Assembly: GCA_043228905.1 (NCBI GenBank)
Contig: JBHGNT010000004.1
Location: forward strand, 9,238,001-9,302,000
Origin: Azolla caroliniana
Lineage: Eukaryota > Plantae > Polypodiophyta
Reading direction: 5' to 3'
DNA: 64,000 bases
Positions 57,260 through 64,000 of this stretch are shown here, one piece after another (the stretch's first letter is position 1; each line of letters opens with the position of its first letter). The position numbers and the translations under genes were made by a program. The notes below the pieces were generated by a model, which saw nothing but the letters and a program-made list of their open reading frames with translations, searched no databases and had not been told where the DNA came from.

Positions 57260-60110
57260 ATATATTCATGATAATCTTGCAAATGGCTTTATTCAACATT
57301 CTCAATCTCCTACTGGCACTCCTATTTTTTTCGTTAAGAAGAAAGAAGGATGTTTACTTTTGGTCCTAGATTATCGAGGCTTGAACAAGGTTATGATCCG
57401 AAATCGATATGCTCTACCATTGATTCCAAATCTCTTGGAATATCTCAGTGGGTCCAAATACTTCACAGGGCTAGACTTACAAGGTGCTTATAACCTTGTT
57501 CGTATTCGACCTTGTGATGAATGGAAAATTGCTTTTTGCACGCGATATGGTCACTTCGAGTACACAATAATGCCATTCGATTGTACAAATGCTCCAACAA
57601 TTTTCCAACATATGGAAAATGATATCTTTCAAGATTTCCTTGATATCTTCACACTAATTTACTTGGATGACATACTAATATACTTATAGACACAAGAGGA
57701 GCACGATAACCATGTTCGACAAGTTCTGCAACGATTACGAGAATTTGGTCTTTTTGCCAAACTCTGAGAAATGTTGGTTTGACCGCAATCAAGTGGAATT
57801 TCTAGGGTATATGATCTCTCTGGAAGGTATTTCTATAGATCCAAAGAAAGTACAAATGGTTCTAGATTGGAAGACACCAGGCTTAGTTCGCGACCTGCAA
57901 TGTTTCTTGGGATTTGCAAATTTCTACCACAATTTCATCAGGAGTTACTCAAAAGTTGCTTTGCCCCTCACAAAACTATCACAAAAGAACCAAACATTTG
58001 TATGCATGACAAGCGCATCCGATGCATTTGATAGGTTGAAGCAAGCATTTACATCTGCTCCGATTTTGGTCCACGTTGACCTTGAAAAGCCGTTTATCAT
58101 AGAAGTAGATACATTTGATTTTGCACTAGGAAGTGTTGTATCGCAAATAGCGCATGATGAGAAATTGCATCCAATTGCATTTCATTCAAGAAAGTTTGAA
58201 CCTGTAGAAATCAATTATGAAAACCATGACAAATAATTGTTGGCAATTGCTGATTCTTTCGAACAATGGTTTCACTTCTTGGAAGGTTCTCCCCACCAAA
58301 TTGTTGTTTACAGTGTGATGGGAACTCAATGCTCGTTATACGCAACGCTCGGCCACAACCGAGCTTAGAATCATACATAGAAAACGGGAAATAATGAACG
58401 ACATGAAGAAGAGACGAGTACGCAGGATGTTTACGTGGAAAACCCAAACTAAGGGAAAAACCACGGCAGCCCACAGGCTGCAAACTATCACTATGCTAGA
58501 ATGTACAATAGTGAGTTCACGGAGGTAACGACCTCGTGCTCACGATCCTCGCCACAGGCGGCGGTTACAACAGAGGCAATGACCTCTTCCTCTCTCTCTC
58601 GCTCTCTGTACACTGTTACACACACTCTCTCTTCTTACACCAACAAGAAAATGAAAACTGCTACTAAAAGTTTGCCCTAAGTCATATTTATACTAATATG
58701 ACTTTTCGGCTATTTACAAATATAGCCATGATGGACTCTCAGAAACATATTTACGAATATGTCTCTTCATCCGGTCTTGACCGGGTCTGCACCATCCGGC
58801 TCTCCGTAGCCGGGTACTCCTCATTCGGTTCTCACCGGGTCTGCACCATCCGGCTCTCCGTAGCCGAGTACTCCTCATCCGGTTCTCACCGGGTCTGCAC
58901 CATCCGGTTCTCACCGGGTCTGCACCATCCGGCTCTCCATAGCCGGGGACTCCTCATACGGTTTCGGCCTCGGCCGAGTTTGTTCATCAGCATTGTTCTT
59001 CTCCCTTCCCATCCGGAGGGACCTGTCTCCCAACACAGTGATCATAAAAACCTCACATACTTTCAGAATGCTCAAGTTCTAAATCGACGACAAGCTCGGT
59101 GGACACAATTTTTGTCACGGTTCAACTTTATGATAACATATCGACTAGGAATACAACAAGGTAAAGTTGATGCCTTATCAAGACGCTCTTATTTTGCACC
59201 AAAACCGGGGGACCCAACTTATGACCATCAAGAACAAGTCCTTTTGAGCCCTAGTCGTCTGCAATTAATGGTGACAAATGTTGCTGAGACAACTTTGGAT
59301 TCAAAATTTCTTGATTCTATTCGCTCAAGCATTGGTTCAAATGATTTTGCACAATACATTTTAGACCACATTGTTCCAACTTTTTGTACACGCTCCAACT
59401 TTTCTCGTATGGATTATGGGAACTTCAGTTGGCATGATGGGATTTTTTATCAAAACAACTGTACTTATATTCCCAATGGACCTTCTCGACTTGAAGTCTT
59501 GCATCACTGCCATGATTCACCATTAGCTGGACATTTTGGAGTTTTGAAAACATTGGAGCTAGTTACCTAAAACTATTGGTGGCCTCAGGTTCGTCAATTT
59601 GTCATAGACTATTTTTCTACATGTGATGTATGTTGTCAATCAAAGATGCCTCGACATCGGCCATATGGTTAGTTGCACCCATTGCCCATTCCAGATGGTT
59701 CGTGAAAATCCATTTCTATCGATTTCATCACAGATCTCCCATCTTCCCAAGGCTATGATGCTATTCTTACAATCCCACGGTCAAGGATCATCTAGAACAA
59801 CTCAAAGAAATTCAAGCCAACCTTTCCCATAATTTGCGTCATGCTCTCATTATCTTCTTTTCTTGGATGTCTATATCTTCTTTGAAGCTTGGGCCGCGAC
59901 AGAATTCATCAAGACATGCAATACTTGTGCTTGATCCAAAGTAGCATATCATCATTCATACAATCTGCTCTAACAACTCCCATTCCAAGCAGGTTGTGGG
60001 CATCTATGTCACTTAACTTCATCACCAACTTAGCTCAAGTTGATAGAGTCGACTCGGTGATAGTAACGGTCGACCATTTTACCAATTTGGTTCACTTTGT
60101 CCCCTAGGGA
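57260..60110 (+). mobile_element. Chromovirus-type (Tcn1/Tf1-like) Ty3 pol fragments M (RT, RNase H, partial integrase)
   Basis: DYRGLNK...NRYALPLI, LDLQGAYNLVRI, YLDDILIY, HPIAFHSRKF, DHKNL...[15 protein letters not shown]; second integrase fragment about 59890-60107. Confidence 0.88.
58316..59035 (-). mobile_element. Solo LTR related to the Copia J LTR, with an internal 54-bp tandem repeat (about 58766-58962)
   Basis: TG...CA ends; perfect TSD CAGTG; shared blocks with 50762-51284 (GGCCACAACCGAG, TTGCCCTAAGTCATATTTATACT). Confidence 0.9.
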
Positions 60111-60339
60111 GTTCACTGTCAAAACTTGTATGATACCACATGAGTTCATCAAAAGGGGTTTAAATTAGTCACAAAGATACAGAATGTATATATATAAGGG
60201 TATTAATAAATATTTGGAAATATATTTACATAAGGGTATTATCGATTATGCTAGTGAAAGCAATTTCATAACCCCATGAAATATTACATATTTCAATGAG
60301 ATAGTAAAGAATATATTATGCAAACAATACTCAAATTTG

Positions 60340-60552
60340 GAGTAGCATATATACATACATTATTTTATACATACATACATATACATGCATGCATGCATAT
60401 ATACCTACATTCAAACATTACATCCATGAATATGTATATACATACATTACACCCATTTATACATGCATACTCACTAAACATAAATATATGTACAAATTAT
60501 ATATATTAGCATATGTAAATATGTACATACACATACATAAATACATTACATA
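60340..60552. repeat. Degenerate (ATAC)n/(AT)n low-complexity tract
   Basis: Visible ATACATAC and ATAT repeats. Confidence 0.75.
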
Positions 60553-60619
60553 CTACGATCTAACATTTCATTGACGTATGTGATAAGAAAAAACAGGAGA
60601 AAAAACAGAGAATACTGAA

Positions 60620-61110
60620 GAAGATGAAGTAGAAGATAGTTGACACGTTATGTCAGGGGAACTCTGATGCAACGCCCCAACCACTCCTCCACATTTTGCT
60701 ATCATTGTCGTCTTTACGCGGGAAGAAGAGGTCATGCTGAGAAGAGAGGTAAGTCATCTACACTCCTATTCAATAGTGTGCAGGGTAATAGGTTTACAGC
60801 AAAATAGAGGGGATTTGCGAGATCTCCTTCAGGTGGCGTTTCAACATTGGATAGGAAAAATAATTGATGTTTAGTTCATTCGGCATGGTTTTTATTACTT
60901 AGAATTGGATACAACTGAGTCCATAGAGGTAATGTTGAATGGTAATATGATTAATATTCGGAATGTGATTGCATGTTTTGTGCCATGGAAATTGGGCTTT
61001 GATCCCATCAAAATTATGAATTTTCCATTTTTTTCCAAAGAATGCCTAAGGATACATGGTTGTACTTCCATCAATCGCAATGAAAATCTTCACAATTCCT
61101 TCTCCTCGTA
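60620..61110 (+). pseudogene. L1 LINE ORF1 (DUF4283-like) fragment
   Basis: Manual translation from 60761: SIVCRVIG...GKIIDV*FIRHGFYYLEL...ACFVPWKLGFDP, typical of the plant L1 ORF1 N-terminal domain. Confidence 0.55.
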
Positions 61111-61134
61111 AGTGTCATGAATACATAAACATCA

Positions 61135-61203
61135 TGGCTTCACCTGGGCTTGAACCCAAGACCTTGAAATACATAATCAAGAACCTAACCATTAAGATAA
61201 CCT
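61135..61203 (-). promoter_or_regulatory. Antisense tRNA-derived module at the 5' edge of LTR N
   Basis: Minus strand TATCTTAATGG...CTTGA-loop-TCAAG...GGTCTTGGGTTCAAGCCCAGGTGAAGCCA. Confidence 0.62.
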
Positions 61204-61263
61204 ATGATCATATAAGATGATAAAAGCTACTTCTTATAATACACTGATTATGGTAAATACTCT

Positions 61264-61283
61264 GGAACATTCTAGAACATTCT
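61264..61283 (+). promoter_or_regulatory. Heat-shock element (4 alternating nGAAn units) upstream of the TATA box in LTR N
   Basis: GAA CA TTC TA GAA CA TTC; TATAAATA at 61293-61300. Confidence 0.75.
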
Positions 61284-62029
61284 ATAGGAACCTATAAATA
61301 TAGACATGTACAATTCTTCTCAAACCAATTCGAATCAACACTAGTCTTAAGCTCTCATCAGCTATCTCGTATCCATTCTCATTCTATCTAATACATTCAT
61401 TCTTCTCTTATCATTTCATTCCTCTCTTCTTGTGATCTCTTTATATCTTTCTTCTGTCACTCTATCTTTCTCTTGGTTCTGACAGTTTGATTCGAATTCA
61501 TCTCTCTCTCCTTTATCCTCGTCTATAAACATCATGAAACCATGGTTGCCATCAACTTAGAAGAATATCTCACCCTTGTTGCAAAAGTGGAGAATCTTAA
61601 ATCCAAATTTGCATCTCTTGCATTAGAGAATCAACGTCTTCTTGGATATCCACAAAAGGTTACTATGGAGAAACAACAACAACAAGAGGAGTTTACGTGA
61701 CGGGTGCAACAATTAGAATCGACAATCGTAGTTTTACAACAACATAGGGTCGAACGTCAAGGAATTATCAAGGAGCCGAAAATCAGCCTCCCAACTAAAT
61801 TTGAAGGTTTGAGGGGGAATTTCCGAGGTTTCTTGAATCAAGTGAGGTTGGTAATTCAAATGCATCCCACACGTTATGCGACAGATGCATCACGAGTCGG
61901 GTTAGTGGGCACCTTATTGATTGGCATAGCGTTGTCATGGTTTTCTCCATTACTAGAGACAAACTCTCCTCTACTGCATAGTTTCGAGGAGTTTAAAGCT
62001 TGCTTTCGAGATACAAATTGTCATGATAT

Positions 62030-62092
62030 GGCAATACTCGAACCCATGACCTTATGTTACATGGGTCGAGCTCTTGACCATTAGACTATTTG
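62030..62092 (-). promoter_or_regulatory. Antisense tRNA-derived module at the 5' edge of LTR O
   Basis: Minus strand A box TAGTCTAATGG (62078-62088) and B-box-like GGTTCGAGTAT (62034-62044). Confidence 0.58.
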
Positions 62093-62163
62093 CTGTAATA
62101 CAAAGGATATTATTTTCATTTAAGTTTTACTATAGAAAATTGACATATATTCCAGATTTCTCT

Positions 62164-62183
62164 GGAACATTCTAGAAACTTCA
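62164..62183 (+). promoter_or_regulatory. Heat-shock element (4 units) in LTR O
   Basis: GAA CA TTC TA GAA AC TTC; TATAAG at about 62203. Confidence 0.75.
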
Positions 62184-62579
62184 GGAGTACTCCTGAGAAA
62201 ACTATAAGAGGTACAAGGAATTATTTCGAGCCAAATTGGTTCAACGCCAGTCTTAAGCCTCCTCTAACTACTATTGTATATTCTCTTAACATAATATATA
62301 TCTTTTGTTATCATCATTCTCTCTCTCGATCTCTCGATCTCACTCACTCTTTCCTTCTCTCGAGAGTTCTACACCTCCCTTAGTACTAATCCTCATCTTT
62401 TAGTACTAATTCTTTATGTGTCTTAGTATTGTTCTCTATCTTAGTACTGCTCCTGACAGTACTTCTCTTAGTACTGCTCTTGACAATTTGAACCGATTTT
62501 GCTCTCCTTCCTTCTCTTCCTTTATCTTCTTACTTCCCTCCCTTCATACTAATCTCTTATTAATCTTTTCTCTCATACT

Positions 62580-63731
62580 ATGGCCATTGTTAGCGCTCAA
62601 GAATATCAATCCGTTTTTTAGGAGTTGCAATGCTTAAAAGAGAAGTTTCTGGCATTGGAACAAGAAAATCAACGACTATTGGGGGAGCTTCAACAAATCT
62701 CCTTAGAGAAGCAGCAGATGCAACAACAACACGGGGAACTAGCATTACACATGCAACAACTCGAAGCAACCATAGTAGCAATGCAACAACAAGGACCCAG
62801 TACGCAAGGGGTTCATAAAGAACCCAAGATCGGTCTTCCCATGAAATTCGATGGAATGCGATCACAGTTTAGAAGATTCCTTAATCAAGTACGATTAGTC
62901 ATTCAAATGCATCCTTCCCGAGATCCCACCAATGCATCACGAGGGGGTTTAATAGGCACGTTGTTAAGTGGCTCAGCTTTGGTATGGTTCGCTCCATTGT
63001 TAGAAAAGGAATCTCCTTTACTAAACAATTTTGAAGAGTTTTTAAGTGAGTTTAAAGCTTGTTTTGGAGACACTGACAGCATAAGGACAACAATCAACAA
63101 AATCCAACGATTACGTCAAGGTGATCGTCCAGCCTCCGCATACACTGCAGATTTTCACCTACTCGCCTCCAATATCCCCTGGGATGACCAAGCACTTATG
63201 GAGCAATTTCGTTATGGTCTACATAACGATGTCAAGGATTTACTCTTGACCTTCCCCGAAGAAACAAATTCATGGACAGAAGCAATCAGTCACGCGGTGA
63301 GATGCGACAATCGTCTTTTCGAACGACGTTCGGACCGTCAGTTCCAGATGCCAAGGGCAAGATCAGAGCTCACCTATGCCTCAGTGGTAGAAAAACCTTT
63401 TCCAAGGGAGTCACATAATGCGTCTCCAGTTAATACTCCAACTCCGATGGAAATTGACACTACACGTCGTCGTGGACCATTATCGGAAGAAGAAAAACAA
63501 CAACGTCGAGCAAATCGACTACGTCTTTATTGCAGTGGACTAGGGCATATTGCAGTGAACTGTCCCCATAGGCCAAGAAGACAGGTGAACCAAATAGTTG
63601 CTAGTCCTAATTGTACTAAACCCAAGTCTATTTCAGTAGGAATATCTGATAGTCCTAATAGGACTAATAGTCCAAATCTATCAAACAAATTTGATGTCCT
63701 TAGTCAAATAGATGAAGAGTTAAACGATTAA
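62580..63731 (+). pseudogene. gag of element O (coiled-coil N-terminus, capsid, degenerate knuckle); one early TAG
   Basis: ATG at 62580 with an in-frame TAG at codon 14, then a 368-aa open stretch with LRQG...ASAYTADF, PTPMEID and RLYCSGLGHIAVNC. Confidence 0.85.
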
Positions 63732-64000
63732 GTCCAGCCAAAATAGGAGTCGTTTGGTTAGACAGCCCTAGATCTGTGCAGCTCATTAGTGGTTTCATTC
63801 CCTCTAAGCAAGTTAACAATGTGTTCTTAGCCCAAGTAACCGTTAGTACTAAAAGTACCTCTCCAGTACATGTCTCAACACTCCTAGATTTCGGAGCTAA
63901 TTCTTGCTTCATGGATAAGAATTTTGCCCAAGCTCATTAGATATCCCTAAGAAAACTCCCGTGTCCAGCCTCTATAGTAGTCATTGATGATCGTCCTATT

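Larger units (their letters stand above)
61113..62018 (+). mobile_element. Tcn1/Tf1-like Ty3 element N: 5' LTR (61113-61484) plus gag, interrupted by O
   Basis: TGTCA...TGACA LTR; gag EPKISLPTKFEG...GFLNQVRLVIQMHP; no tRNA-type TGG PBS. Confidence 0.85.
62019..64000 (+). mobile_element. Tcn1/Tf1-like Ty3 element O: 5' LTR (62019-62485), gag, start of protease
   Basis: TGTCA...TGACA LTR; gag 62580-63731; protease LLDFGANSCFMD in the -1 frame. Confidence 0.9.

Noticed and set aside
58698-59570. 290-aa ORF with an 18-aa repeat as a novel protein
   Set aside because: Chance read-through from the solo LTR tandem repeat across the TSD into the RNase H/integrase frame of M.
62625-63731. Domesticated PEG10/Arc-like gag gene
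   Set aside because: It directly follows an LTR, has a stop at codon 14 and a broken knuckle, and is followed by a mutated protease; ordinary decaying element.
1-64000. The many 60-200 aa ORFs antisense or out of frame to gag/pol, or within LTRs
   Set aside because: No recognisable domains; expected shadow ORFs of retroelement sequence.

Overview
This 64-kb window is eukaryotic, almost certainly plant, intergenic DNA made nearly entirely of nested retrotransposons. I found no host gene, rRNA, true tRNA gene or CRISPR array. The Ty3 families present (a Trp-primed group and Tcn1/Tf1-like chromovirus-type elements) suggest a non-seed plant such as a fern, lycophyte or bryophyte; this is inference. 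Left to right: Trp-primed Ty3 A inside Copia G, which sits in an L1 LINE; then a large old Trp-primed Ty3 B (10349-35032, -) hosting Copia D, Copia E and a mini-element F. Copia E hosts a very young tandem LTR-ORF-LTR-ORF-LTR element P with two identical intact Gag-protease-truncated-RT ORFs. Next come Ty3 C; an RT-deleted L1 hosting Copia J, H and K; Ty3 L fused to chromovirus-type M, which carries a Copia solo LTR; and two nested Tcn1-like elements N and O. The most notable signals are: (1) degenerate tRNA-derived A-box/B-box modules, always antisense and upstream of the TATA box, in the U3 of six Ty3 elements from two distant lineages; (2) a self-priming R/PBS complementarity with compensatory changes, plus perfect 4-unit heat-shock elements, in N and O; (3) the young tandem element P, whose ORF stays in frame across loss of the RT catalytic core and whose LTR carries a 131-bp in-register interrupted palindrome; (4) a conserved -1 frameshift site with a pseudoknot placed after the protease in four Trp-primed elements. 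All coordinates were read by eye and may be off by a few bases at degenerate junctions.
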